From Nemertoderma westbladi (Eukaryota; Animalia; Xenacoelomorpha), in NCBI GenBank assembly GCA_032718475.1, contig JAUCBJ010005941.1, forward strand, positions 1 through 33,518: 33,518 nt of DNA, in the 5' to 3' direction. Of this stretch, positions 9,936-21,846 are shown in pieces. The translations under genes were made by a program, and so were the position numbers. Below the pieces are notes generated by a model. The model saw only the letters and a list, made by a program, of their open reading frames with translations, was not told where the DNA came from and searched no databases. The number at the start of each line of letters is the position of its first letter. The first letter of the stretch is position 1.

Positions 9936-10206
9936 GCACTAAAATCGATTTGGTATTTTGTGTTTTTTGATGGGCCTTAGTGCCTGAGTACTAACAGTGG
10001 CCCAAGTGGCCCTAAATGCTAGGTAGTATCTGAGGGAAGACCCAATGTCCTATATTATTGTTTTAATATTAATATTACAATCCCTCTAAAGTCGTGGTTG
10101 TCAACATCATAAAATTATATATTTAAAGGGATAATATATGGTTAACACACATTGATATTGATTTCACCTCTTACTGTACTTTGGCCCTCTGTACCCAATG
10201 GATATT

Positions 10207-10788
10207 GGGATCCACCGAGGATCCCGGTTTATCCGGTTATCTTGACTACGCGTCCCCGCCGTGTATGTGAAAAGGCTGAAAGAGTTCTGATGTTGATCCG
10301 TGTATGTATAGATATATAGATAAGATGGAAATAAGCACAGGTGAATAAGTACCGGTAATGCACTGAATAAGATAGGCTGATAGCAGTGGACGGGGACGGT
10401 GTTAAGAGTTCCCGTACCACCCTAACTAACTGACTAACTAAGAGTGAATGGGATAACATGATGACTGGTAATATATATTGCACGGTTGGCCACGTGGTGT
10501 TACTCAGTCGATGCTTTCCCCCCATTGGCTAATAACCCGATTTCACACCCTCTGCCCTGCGTGGGTGTTTCCCCCCCCCCCCCCCCCAACCCGCTGCTGT
10601 TACTTTCCTCTCTCTCAGGGGTGTAACCCCTGACCCCTATTGTGTGTGTGTTCTCTTGGGCCTATTGTCCCCGTTTACTGGGGTGACACGAGGTTGATTG
10701 GTAATCAACCTCGTGCTCCCAATATTGCTTAGAGGCGCTCTTTCCCACTTTATGGGGGTTTGGTGAGGCGGAATTGAATACACTCACA
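10207..10788 (-). mobile_element. Solo-LTR-like element, copy 2 (one terminus damaged)
   Basis: 10685-10788 is homologous to the reverse complement of 2392-2495 and ends ...gaattgaatacactcaca. The GGGATCC/GGATCCC hairpin at 10207-25 matches the other end. No TSD found. Confidence 0.75.
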
Positions 10789-11289
10789 ATATCAAAAACA
10801 GGAAGCCTCAGTGATTTATTACAATTTGATTCAGTTCATGACCGTATTGAATTAAACCTTGAAAACAACACAGTTGAATTTAAGCAGAGATATCAGGGCG
10901 ACAAATATGATTTACCATTGAAACATATTAAAGTCGAAGATGTAAAAAGAATATATAAAAATGTCAACTCAAAATACTCCATCAGTTGATGGTTCGCGTG
11001 ATAGCAGATGTTACCACATATTCACCTTTAGAAGTGACTTTAAAGGCGCCGCTAACTTTAAAAGGATCGTACTTGATATTATTAGAAATAATAGTCGTTA
11101 TGGGGGCACTCAAAACCTAACACGATAGTCATCCCTTAAGTTTTTTTCAATTTAGACTTAATTAATATTTAAGCTGGGGGGGGGGGGGGGGGCTGAGTGC
11201 CTATTTTGGAATTTGTCAAAAAACCAATCATATTATGTGCCGAATTTAATGAGATTTCAAATCTGCAACCAGTTTTCTCATATATTTTT

Positions 11290-11623
11290 CCAAACTCAAG
11301 TTAAGAGCCAAACCCCTGAGAGCTAATCTGATTTTTGACAGGCCTTCGAGCAGCGCGATATTTTACAATTGAATAAGGCCCTTTTCATCAAAAATGGCTC
11401 CCATATGGTACAGATACACTATAAAGTAGACTTATTAGTTCTATGTTGAGCAAGCATAAAAAATGCTATTTCTCAGCAAATTTTAACTGAAATGAGTTGA
11501 AATTTGGTACACTTGTCCAGAATACCCTTTTCCATATTTCTTCTGTACAAATTTGGATGGAAATGTCCTGGAGCATTTTTTTAATCAAATACGCCCAATC
11601 ATGCCCTTTTTGGGCCTTTTTGC
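11290..11623 (+). mobile_element. Non-coding interspersed repeat (MITE-like fragment), homologous to 33015-33518 in the opposite orientation
   Basis: Shared blocks gagcta(a/g)tctgatttttga...ccttcgagcagc...atattttacaattg and ttttaactgaaatgagttgaaatttggtacacttgt. Confidence 0.75.
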
Positions 11624-11640
11624 AAGCTTGACAAGCTTGG

Positions 11641-11906
11641 CAAGCTTGACACTAGAACAAAGTCGCCCCCGTTTTGCAGGACATTGCTTTCGCCGTGAGG
11701 ACCAGCCAGTGCATAATCTTGTGCTTTGGCAGCCTCATTGATTGAATAAGCATGGTGGACAGCCCATGCCTTCCTTGAGACGCATTTTAAAGGACACTGG
11801 CCTAGAAGATGCGGATGATCTAGCAAATGACATGGGTGATAGGGAGTTGTGCGCAGCATTCTTAAAAATGCAGCTGCAATGCAGCATGCCGTTCCTATTA
11901 GTAGTA
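11641..11906 (+). mobile_element. RTE family B, short 3' fragment
   Basis: High similarity to 18816-19105 (LTLEQ.R.RFAGHCFRREDQPVHNLVLWQPH, 3' UTR, short agt tail). Confidence 0.92.
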
Positions 11907-12820
11907 TATCAATTATGCTTTACATGACGTTTTAACGTCATGTAAAGCATAATTGTCAAGTGTATTACCACTAGGAATATTTGTCAGAGATACAACAAGA
12001 CGTTTAGGAGCTTTATCGTGCTGAAGGCACGAGAAATCATTTACATCAATTTGGTACTGAAGTACTGTAACTCTAGGTAGAAATATTATATTTATTTTTC
12101 CCAACTTTTGGATAAAAATATATAATTAATTACATCCTCAATAATTAAATGACGTGAATAAAACATACTACTATATCACTAAGCTGATATAGGACGGGGG
12201 GACGGGGGGGGGGGGGGGGGGGGGGGGGGGTTGTGTACTCATAAAAACATTGTGTATCAGATAGATACGTTCGTTCTATTTTTATGTAGTCCAGGCAATG
12301 AACAGAACAATATATGATTATATTCCTTTAAGACAATTTTTGAATTCTTTTTGAATGACCAACACAGGAAATATTTTAAACAAAAAAAGGCTAATAGTCA
12401 CGGATAAATTTTATGAATATTATCAGTGTTAGTTACTCATAAACAACATAAAGGTTAGTGTCGCAAAAACTACCAAAAGAACCCCAAAGAACCTCTTTAT
12501 TGTGATTAATTAGATTTTGCCCTCATGTCCAACACTAACAGCAAGCATATATTGTCCTTACACGCAGTTTTTCTCCTCTTGTCCTTGAATCTAATCTTCA
12601 TTCACGCTTAATGAAAATAGCACTTCCAATTACAAGTATAATGCAGTGTATATTTTTATAATTATTATTTTTTAATTATTATTTGCCAACAAGTACTTTA
12701 TTTCCTTTTTATTTATCATAGTAATTAGAACTGTATTAGCCATCAAGTGGTGTGTAATAATTCCCCATCAGGTTTAAGTTGTCAAATTTGCTACGCTATT
12801 ATTCAGATAGTCATCAGTCT

Positions 12821-13186
12821 CTACTTATACCCATACAAATGGGCGCATCCGCATCCCATGGTAACCGGAGGCAACGGGATAGCAACTGGAAGGAACTGGA
12901 TAGCACGCGGAGGCGGTGGCGGTGGCAACTGGATATTAAGCTGTGGCAACTGGACGCTAGACGGAGGCAGACGTTGTTGGTTTCTTTGCATTTGCAATAT
13001 AAATTTATCCATTGATTCTACCTTATTCTTCTGTTCACATAATAATTTCGTAAGCCTGTCTATTTCACGTTGTTGTTGTTTCCATTTAATCACTAAATCC
13101 TTGCTTTGGGCCAGTGCATAATCTCGTTCGTGTTCGACCTTCTCCAATAGACCTGAAATATTCCGCATCTCTTCTTGATATTGAAT
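12821..13186 (-). CDS. Candidate host gene, terminal exon (coiled-coil-like, then Pro-rich tail; 121 aa)
   Basis: Acceptor ttcctattccatttcccAG at 13188-87, phase 0. IQYQEEMRNISGLLEKVEHERD...LPPPPPPR...YGYK*. Two minus-strand AATAAA near 12697-12713. Confidence 0.7.
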   Translation of the reverse strand: MQYQEEMRNISGLLEKVEHERDYALAQSKDLVIKWKQQQREIDRLTKLLCEQKNKVESMDKFILQMQRNQQRLPPSSVQLPQLNIQLPPPPPPRAIQFLPVAIPLPPVTMGCGCAHLYGYK

Positions 13187-13499
13187 CTGGGAAATGGAAT
13201 AGGAAATTAATTAAGATATAGATGATGTACCGATAGCCTAGATGAAGAATCAGATTATAGTAACGAACAGCTAGCATTAAATACTGTTGTCGTCTAAACT
13301 TTTACACCAAAAATAAATAACAAAACGTTCAGCAGTGTAAACGAAATAAAGTTCAATAAAAACTGGTTTTATTACTGTAGAAATTATTACAGCTGCATAT
13401 CTGCAAGTGATAATAACCCAGTTATTGCCACTATGGCACCGCATATGATTGTTTGTTATTACCGTTAAAAGTAACTGTAAACAGGAAAGTAGAGACAAC

Positions 13500-13808
13500 A
13501 CGTTCGGGGGTCGTCTCGCAGCACGCGAACTCTAGCAAGTTCGAAACAAGTTTGATTTGATTTGGAGTAAAAAGTTCGAGAGTTATTTGCCCGTAACTTT
13601 CAAAAATATTGGAACTTTTTCTCTTGTATGCCCATACAAAATTTGGTTAAAAATGGTTAAAATCTTCAAAAGTTATTTACGAATGAATTTTTAATTACAG
13701 ACAGACAGACGGACATGAAATTTTGCACTATTTACTAATTATAATTGTGCGCTAAGGCTCGGCCTGACTCCATGGCTCTCCCTCTAGCTTTCCTGCTAAA
13801 AGTTCTAG
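13500..13808. mobile_element. Possible Helentron/DINE-like non-autonomous repeat
   Basis: acagacagacagacggac microsatellite (~13697) after an aaatttggttaaaaat-type core, plus a short hairpin cgaact...agttcg near the start. Boundaries uncertain. Confidence 0.35.
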
Positions 13809-14456
13809 ATTATTTAAAATAACTAATATACAGATGCGACGACGTCCAACACGTGCATACTGCGTTACAGGGCGCAAGGCGGCGCAGAAGTAGTAGCGTC
13901 GAGTCAGAGGAACCAGCGGTCGTACCAACCGAGGTCACTGACGCGGCGGTAGACCATGTGCCCGCTGATAGTTGCTGGCACAACATCTCCAAGTTCTAGT
14001 TCCGACAGGATGGAACAAGTGATTTATTCATCCGAAGGCAAGGTTACGCTTTGAAATCGTTAAGCAGCTGCAGCCACGCTGCAGCGGCCAAAGCGGAGAG
14101 TGAACATGATAAACACAAACAAAAAACAAACAAGCACAAACACCTCAACACTCACCACGGTTAGCCCAATACACGTTGTCTGACTGACTTTGGTCTCTCC
14201 GAAGTTATTGCAATGCGGGTTATTGCCCATTGCCCATTATGCAAAAATCTTGAAAAATTATTAATAATATTATAGTAATATTATGCAGGTACTGTACATC
14301 ATCAATAAAGAACTACTGTACTACTATAATCGACGTTCTAGCTTTTGATTGATTTTGCTTTCGATTGTAGCTGCATATTGAAATTCTATACTGGCTTAAC
14401 AAAATTTCTGCCACCGCCAAGCAATACACAATTCGCAGGCTATAATGCGGCGTTCA

Positions 14457-14895
14457 TTAATAATGCTCTGCCGGTTTGCGAGGATTGCGATGTCACAACT
14501 TCTTATCACCCATGAATTTCGCGAGATTATCCGTATCTTAGTGTCCTTTAAGAGGCATCCATGACCTACTATAGATGAACTTGAACTACTATCTATAGTA
14601 GGTCATGAGGCGTCATGGGCTGTCCACCATGCTTATTTTCTATATCAGGTTGCCATAGCACAGATTGTGCGCAAGCTGGTCGTAATGGCAAAAGCAATGT
14701 CCTAAGTAGCGGAGGCAGCTTTGTCCAAGTGTCAAGCTTAGGGAGACCATTGAAACGCCTCCAACGTTGTTTAGTGTCTGGTTGGAGAAGTGTACATTGT
14801 ACTTGACACGACACAATAAATCCGGCGTGTATTCATATAGGTGTGCCATCCACAGAATTGGTGTCCTCAGCAGTTAGAACCCATAACGGACTCCC
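14457..14895 (-). mobile_element. RTE family B, old diverged 3' fragment
   Basis: VKYNVHFSNQTLNNVGGVS...GHCF...NKHGGQP, homologous to about 18660-19066. Confidence 0.85.
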
Positions 14896-14906
14896 TCCAA
14901 TATATG

Positions 14907-16220
14907 AATAATAATAATAATAATAATAATTGTTTATTCCAGGACCCCCAAGTTTCCCTGGTGTCCCATAACATACATGGCCTATAGTTCTAGCACAAAC
15001 AAAAAGTAGAGTAAAGTAATGTAGTAAGGAAACACAATTGTATGTACACGTAATAAATTAATAAGACCATTATTCAGCCCAAATTCTTAAAACAGACATC
15101 CCCATGATTCTACTATGGCAGCAAGTGGTCATAATAGTTGCCTGTACGAGGCTATTCGGGCAACTATAGGCACGGCCTAAAAAAGACGTTATAGCCCCCG
15201 ATCTAATATGAATAAACTTTGGTAACCCCAGGCTACCAAACATATACGAAGCACTGCACCCCCATGGAAATTTGAATAACCTCCTTGCTGTATTATTATA
15301 CGCTACCCTAAACTTATTATGCACCATACTAGAATAATTTGACCTAGCCCACAGAGAATTACAGTATATCTGGGCACAAAAACTACTAAATAATTTAATT
15401 TTTACCGTAACCGAGCACCCCCCGAATTTCCTAATTATAATATTCGCACGCCTATAAAAACTACGAAGTTGATTGTAAATATCAAAATCATCATCGGTAG
15501 AGCTACACAGGATGTGCCCTAAGTACTTTACCTCTGGCACTACTTCAATATTAAGACCATTAATTGTAACCTGACCGACATCTGTATTCTTCGCACATTT
15601 TGGAAAATAAAATAAGCACTTGGTTTTCTTACAATTTACCTTTATACAATGCTCTAATGCGTACGATTCAAAAATATGAAGTAACTTTTGTAACCCATTA
15701 ATCGAATTCGAACATATCGCTAAGTCATCCGCGTACATTAAATTATTAATACGGACCCCTGACATTTGACACCCTATCCCCGAATTAGAAAGTTCCTTAC
15801 TTAGGTCATCTATATAAACACTATACAGGTACGGCGATAATATCCCACCCTGTTTCGTACCATTTGAAACCTGAAAACTCTCTGATATGCACTCCCCCCA
15901 TTTTACAAAAAGAACCTGTGATCTATACCACATACATAATACCCTAATATAAAATAACGGAACACCCCTATTTATCAGTTTCCGAAATAACGTGTAGTGA
16001 TTAACTAAATCGTAGGCTTTCGAACTGTCAATAAAACAAACATACACAGCACTATCATTATCCAGGTAATACTGTACCATTTCTTTAAGTGTAAAAATAC
16101 ACAAATCAGTCCCTGAGCCTTTCTTAAAACCAAATTGTGAATCCAATGTAAATAACTTATCACAGAAACGTTCTAAGTAAACCAATTCTAATACTTTGCT
16201 ATATACCGTAGAAATAGCGA
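14907..16220 (-). mobile_element. 5'-truncated RTEX-like LINE with an uninterrupted RT/C-terminal ORF (15070-16185) and (ATT)n tail
   Basis: QFGFKKG, FIDSSKAYDLVNH, WYRSQ...VKW...S..F.VSNGTKQGGILSP, GC.......YADD, KYLG. AATAAA at 14938-33 followed by (att)8. Confidence 0.88.
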
Positions 16221-16309
16221 TATAATAGCGTAATAATGGTTATACTGCTGCTCTAAATAAATCTATAGGAAGAAACGCAATTAAATAAATATTATACAAT
16301 AATTCTCAC

Positions 16310-16465
16310 CTTGTCAAAATAGTTCACCTCATCATCGCTACTGTATGAAGTGAATGAATCGCCAGATGATGGCTCATTACTTCCGGGTTTTTGATTGGAT
16401 GATTCTTTCGCCGTTGTTGTGTTTCTTTGTTCTGTTTCCTCAAATTGGCGATCAATTTCTGTTGG
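16310..16465 (-). CDS. Candidate host gene, repeat exon D (156 bp, phase 0/0)
   Basis: ttacAG | PTEIDRQFEETEQRNTTTAKESSNQKPGSNEPSSGDSFTSYSSDDEVNYFDK | GTGAG. Confidence 0.75.
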
Positions 16466-16974
16466 CTGTAAGATACCATTGCAGACTATATTGTTGGTTG
16501 AATAGTTAGAATTAATTAGTGGTAAATTAGTAAAGGATAGTTATTTTTTATTAATTAGGGAACATCACGCCTACTACTGTTCTATTAATAATGCACTCTG
16601 CCAACAATAACAGTACCCCAGCGTAATCGGTACTATAGGAAAGTGACTCATTCTTATTGAAATTGATTAGTACTTATTGCAATGGTAGACGTTTTAGTAA
16701 TTTTAAAATACTATGGTATGGTACAGTACTTATGGAGATACACAATGCATATTAGTAATTCAAATCGGTAATTCGGTAAATATTTGGGTAATTGGGCTTC
16801 AAAATAAGCAAATAATGAACTCCTAAAGTTATATATTTTCACTTTATTATAAAATAATTTGCATAGGGTGTTTTTTTTTTATTGGATCACTTATTTAAAT
16901 TTCGCATATTTGTAACAAAAATTTTAAAGGGTGATTACTCTAAATCTCCAAACTATAGCTTTTAGACACAGGAA

Positions 16975-19370
16975 CATGTCCTGGAATATGGTGTCCTTAT
17001 TCAGGTACCTGCCCGCGCACCTCAAATTTTTCTACAAATCTTAATGAGATTGCATAACGTTTGAAACAGATATAGTGTCACGCAATGTGGGTCAGAATAT
17101 ATATGTTTGCTCTCATTTTTTAGCTACAACCGTTTAAAAAAGTCTCCGTCGATATTGCACGAGTTACACCGAAGTTATTCTTCAACCTTACAGCGATTTG
17201 TTGATACTGTTAGATATGTAACACAAACAAAATTTCGTCGTTAAATAGCTGAGATATGGGCGATCAAATGTTGTATGGTTTCATTAAGGCTAGTAAATTC
17301 TATTAAATAAATACATCATATTCCGGAATATTTTGTTTATGCATGAATAGTACGCAATAGTATATTAATTAGTATGAGTAAAAAGGTAAGGAAGTGCTTG
17401 CCAGCCTTAGGTATTGGATAAACAAAATGTTCCAGAACATGGTGTATTTTTTAATAGACTAAATCCTCACGCCGCGCCGGTGCAAAACCATGGAACTTTC
17501 GAACGCCCATATCACATCTAATTTACTACGAAATCTAAAGAAGGCTGCTGCAAAGAGCATTAAGACCAATCGTGCCAGTGGAGTAGATGGTGTTCCCCCT
17601 GAGTTCTTTAAAATACCTGAGTGTTTAAAGCTCATCTATCCCATCATAGTAGACATGTACCGTACAACAAGAGTCCCACAAGAAATGAAAACAAATAAGT
17701 TGGTGCCAGTTCCCAAGAAGGGCAACCTAACACTTTATGGTTCTTTTCGGGGAATCTCATTGATCTCAATTGCTGCAAACTATACAACAGAATTCTATTA
17801 AATCGCATCAGGGATCCTATTGAGAGACTGCTCCGTGGAAATCAGAATGGGTTCCGTAAAGGTCGTGGGAACATGGAGCCCATTTTGGCTCTTAGAAGGA
17901 TAATTGAAGAGTTATCAAAAAAGAAAGACAGGCATCTGGCTGTTATCTTTGTTGACTTCTTCAAGGCCTTTGATTCAGTCTCCCGCTCACGTATGTTCAG
18001 CATACTTTCATTATATGGGATTCCTGATGAAATTATTGCAGCAATCAGATCAGTATACAATGGTTCGACAACATTTGTGTCTACTGTTGATGGTGACACA
18101 GAACCATTTGAAGTGTTATGGGGCGTCCTCCAGGGAGACACACTTGCACCATTCTTGTTCATAATTGTGGTTGACTATGTTCTACGCATGTCCTTAGATC
18201 ATCATAATGATGATGGGGTGATGATAACTCCACCTACTGGCTCCAGAAGTCGAGGAAATCCTGCCAAGTACTTAACTGATCTAGACTTTGCTGATGACTT
18301 AGGAGTACTCTCAGAATCACTAGAGGGAGCCCAACGGCTCCTCAGCTCATTAGAACATGCTGCTTCTAGTGTTGGTCTTTTTATTAACTCCAGAAAGACC
18401 AAAATTTTGACAGTTAACTTTGAAAGATCTCAGCAAGTCTCTGATCGGATGAGCATAAGCTTAAAGGATGGTATGCTTGAGCATGTGGACGACTTCTGTT
18501 ACCTGGGATCATGGATCCGGAAGTCAGGTGAGGACCTTCGAATACGTAAGGGAAAGGCATGGGCAGCCTTGAATAGGCTTTCCAGGATTTGGAAGTCACC
18601 GAGAATTAATCGGAGACTTAAGGTCCGATTATTTAGAGCAGCAGTAGTTCCAGTACTCCTCTATGGGAGTCCATGCTGGGCTCTAACTGCTGAGGACACA
18701 AAATCTCTGGATGGCACATTCACAAGAATGCTACGCCGGGTTCATTGTGTCAAGTACAATGCACACATCTCCAACCAGACACTATATAACATTGGAGGTG
18801 TCTCATTGGTTCCCCCAAGCTTGACACTAGAACAAAATCGCCTCCGCTTTGCAGGACATTGCTTTCGCCGTGAGGACCAGCCAGTGCATAATCTTGTACT
18901 TTGGCAGCCTCATGGAGTGAATAAGCATGGTGGACAGCCCACGACTTTCTTGAGACGCATCTTAAAGGACACTGGCCTTGAAGATGCGGATGATCTAGCA
19001 AATGTCATGGGTGATAGGGAGTTGTGGCGGTGCAATTTTGTCGACAAGCCGGCACAGCATTCTTAAAAATGCAGCTGCAATGCAGCATGCCGATACTAGT
19101 AGTAGTAGTACTACGAAATTCAGATGGTTGTGAATCCTCGCATAGCCATCCTTTCAACAGTTCCAACAAATCACTATAATGTTGACGAAAAAAATTGAGA
19201 GCAAAACTACCCCACGGAGGAGTTGAATGAAATTATATCTATTTCAAATTTAATATAAACTCATTCAACTCTCAATCTTTGTAGATAGAAAACTGTTTTT
19301 TTTTTGGGGGGGGGGGGGGGGGGCATGTACAGTACAACGCCTGAAAAATGACACTATATTCCAGGACATG
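16975..19370. mobile_element. Long-TIR (foldback) MITE, copy 1, interrupted by an RTE insertion
   Basis: Ends catgtcctggaatatggtgtc / gacactatattccaggacatg. The left arm is homologous to 21213-21770 and 24488-25259. Confidence 0.75.
17535..19108 (+). mobile_element. RTE family B, longest copy (5'-truncated, one frameshift near 17780)
   Basis: 11-bp TSD TACTACGAAAT (17524-34 / 19109-19) and (agt)n tail. PKKGNL...FRGISL, VDFFKAFDSV, GVLQGDTLAPFLF, DLDFADD, YLGS. Confidence 0.95.
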
Positions 19371-19605
19371 AACAGAAATACGTGTACAGAAATATAAATG
19401 GCTGCTGATCTAGTTTTCCTCTTACAAGAAAGCTGTGGTAAAATTATTGATAAAGGATATTTAAAAAATATTTATACTACCTATTGCCAAAATTTGTTCA
19501 AATAATATTTAATTTAGCTTGGAAATACTATAAAAAAATATTTTGAGGATTTCTTCATGTGCCACGGCGTGACTTGTTCGTAAAACATCATACATTAGCG
19601 CTCAC

Positions 19606-19761
19606 CATGACCTCAGCATCAATAGTGACCTCGCCACCACTACCGTATACAGTGGATGAATCGTCAGATGTTGTCGAGTAGTTACTTCTGGAACTTTGAT
19701 TGGCTGATTGTATAGCCGTTGTTGTGTCACTTTGTTCTGTTAGTCTATTAGCATCTTCCAG
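19606..19761 (-). CDS. Candidate host gene, repeat exon C (156 bp, phase 0/0)
   Basis: ctttcAG | LEDANRLTEQSDTTTAIQSANQSSRSNYSTTSDDSSTVYGSGGEVTIDAEVM | GTGAG. Confidence 0.75.
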
Positions 19762-20819
19762 CTGAAAGATATCATTGCAGATGCAGACTATATTCACAGT
19801 TAATTAATGGAAACTATTACATATGTAAAGGGTAGTTTATGTTGTACATAAATTGTACAATCCCGTACAAAAACAAACAATAAACAAAAGTTAACACGTG
19901 TCACAAGATGACGCGGGTAGTAATAGATCAAAATAGCTCGTATGAAATATTTGGTGGGGGTGTATTTTACGTATACTCCACTATTATTAGTGGAAAATAA
20001 ATGAGAACCCGTTGTATGAATCAAGGGAATTACTGTAAACCTTCAAAATTATATTTTAGGAATGTTTTAGTTTAGGAATAAAGTTAAAGTTAAAATTCAA
20101 ATTTCTTACAATATTGAACTACTTTAATTAAGGTAGGTGTAGTTAGTTTTTTAGTATCAGCGACATACTATACCGCCTCTACCCATCATATTTTATTAGT
20201 TTTAATGTACAATTTGTTATTACTGTATATTTATTTCTACTATTTATTACATATTTTACTGTGACGAGTTATGTGCCACCACCACGACGTGATTCAGTTA
20301 ATGTAATTAGTATTTCGTAAACCGTATTTACTCGAATAAATGACGCTCCCCTATATTAAACGCTAGGGAGTTTATTAATAATTTATAAATAATTATAAGG
20401 TTTGCCACATATGCTTTACTGTGTGCGGATACTGGTGGGTGGTAGAACATACCTAGATACCATAGAGTAGATAGAATATACCTAGATACCTTGTCAGCCA
20501 AAGGTAAGGGTGGGCGCTACTCCTATCCCAAGATAAAAGGTAAATTATAATTTTATTTAATTTAATTACAAGCGCGTTAAAAACCTTACCGGTATGTAAA
20601 ATATAATTTAATTATTAAATAAAACATACATAACTTAACCGTAATTACTGACTGTGAGAACATCACAGACAGCCTCGGTTTCGTCCAAAAAGGAGGGCTC
20701 TATCAAATATATTTTATCAAATTAAATAATTAAATATTATTTTATTTAATATTTAAATTATATTTTACCTATCGTTAATACGGTATTTTACACGTACTTT
20801 ATGTGCAGTGAACGTAGCA

Positions 20820-21065
20820 AGTAGATTGGGGGAAGGTTCATTGGCTTAAGACAAATGCTAATTTGCAGTAACTGGGCTAGTTACTTTAAATAGTTATTAT
20901 TATTAATTATAACATGAATTAAGTTCTGTTTGATTTGTGCTCGTATTGTTGTATGTAAATGTTTAGTTTATGTTTGCTATTTTATGTCTGTTTGTTTGTT
21001 TGTTTAGTTTATTTTAATATGGAAACCTGTTTTTTGGATTAAAAAGATAATAATAATAATAATAA
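20820..21065 (+). mobile_element. Probable short LINE 3' end with (taa)n tail
   Basis: T-rich UTR-like sequence, then attaaa and (ataata)n. Organisation resembles the RTEX 3' end at 14907-15070. Confidence 0.35.
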
Positions 21066-21212
21066 CACGCTTGTAAATGAATTAAATAAAATTATCATTG
21101 AACTTTACAAGCATTCTATTCTATTTTATTTTATAAGGTAAATTATCTGTCAATTCGCAATTTATCCGCATTCCTAAACTATAGCTGAATGTGTCTTAGA
21201 CACAGGAATATA

Positions 21213-21770
21213 CACCATGTCCCAGAATATAGTGTCGTAATTCAGTAACACGCCCCCACCCCCCCCCCCCCCCCCTAATTTTTCTACAAATCTTAATGAG
21301 ATTGCATGAAATTTGAAACAGAGATAGTTTCACCTCCCGACCACTGACTGGGTGAGCCAGAATTTTTATTTTTGTTTTTAATCTTTAGCTACAAGCGTTT
21401 AAAAAAAGTGGTTCCAGCGATATCACACCAGTTATACCGCAATTATTCTTCTACCTTATAGCTGTTTGTTGGTACCAATGGAAAGCTGGCCCTGCAAGGA
21501 TTTCAAATATGTAACACAATTTGAATTTCGTTGAAAAATAGCTGAGATATGAGCGTTCAAATGTTGCATGGTTTTGCAACGACGCGAGGCTATTTTATTC
21601 TATTAATATATAAACCATATTCTGGAACATTTTTTAAATGTATGAATAGCTACGTAGTATGATTAAAGATGTAATGCATTGTTGCCCAGCTACGTATTTG
21701 GATAAACAAAATATTCCAGATTATGATGCATTTATGAAATTTGTAGAAAAATTAGGGCGTGTCACTGAAT
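21213..21770. mobile_element. Long-TIR MITE, copy 2 (right arm largely deleted); TA-CAC terminus suggests Tc1/mariner type
   Basis: Starts ta|caccatgtcccagaatatagtgtc. The block atttgtagaaaaattaggg...gggcgtgtcactgaat at 21740-70 inverts the left subterminus. Confidence 0.75.
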
Positions 21771-21846
21771 AATTCCTATAATATTGAGGATTTTGTCATG
21801 TGACACCGCGTGACTGGTTCGTGATACATCATATATTAGCGCTAAC

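Noticed and set aside
17490-17534. ATG at 17490 as the start of the RTE ORF
   Set aside because: It lies outside the TSD-defined element, in MITE sequence; the element is 5'-truncated at 17535.
17842-19001. Several minus-strand ORFs over the RTE copy
   Set aside because: They are antisense shadows of the RT frame, also seen over the other copies, with no independent motifs.
20650-20706. Minus-strand tcc-ttttt-ggac-GAAAC...GTC resembling half a hammerhead
   Set aside because: No CUGANGA core in a position compatible with type I, II or III topology.
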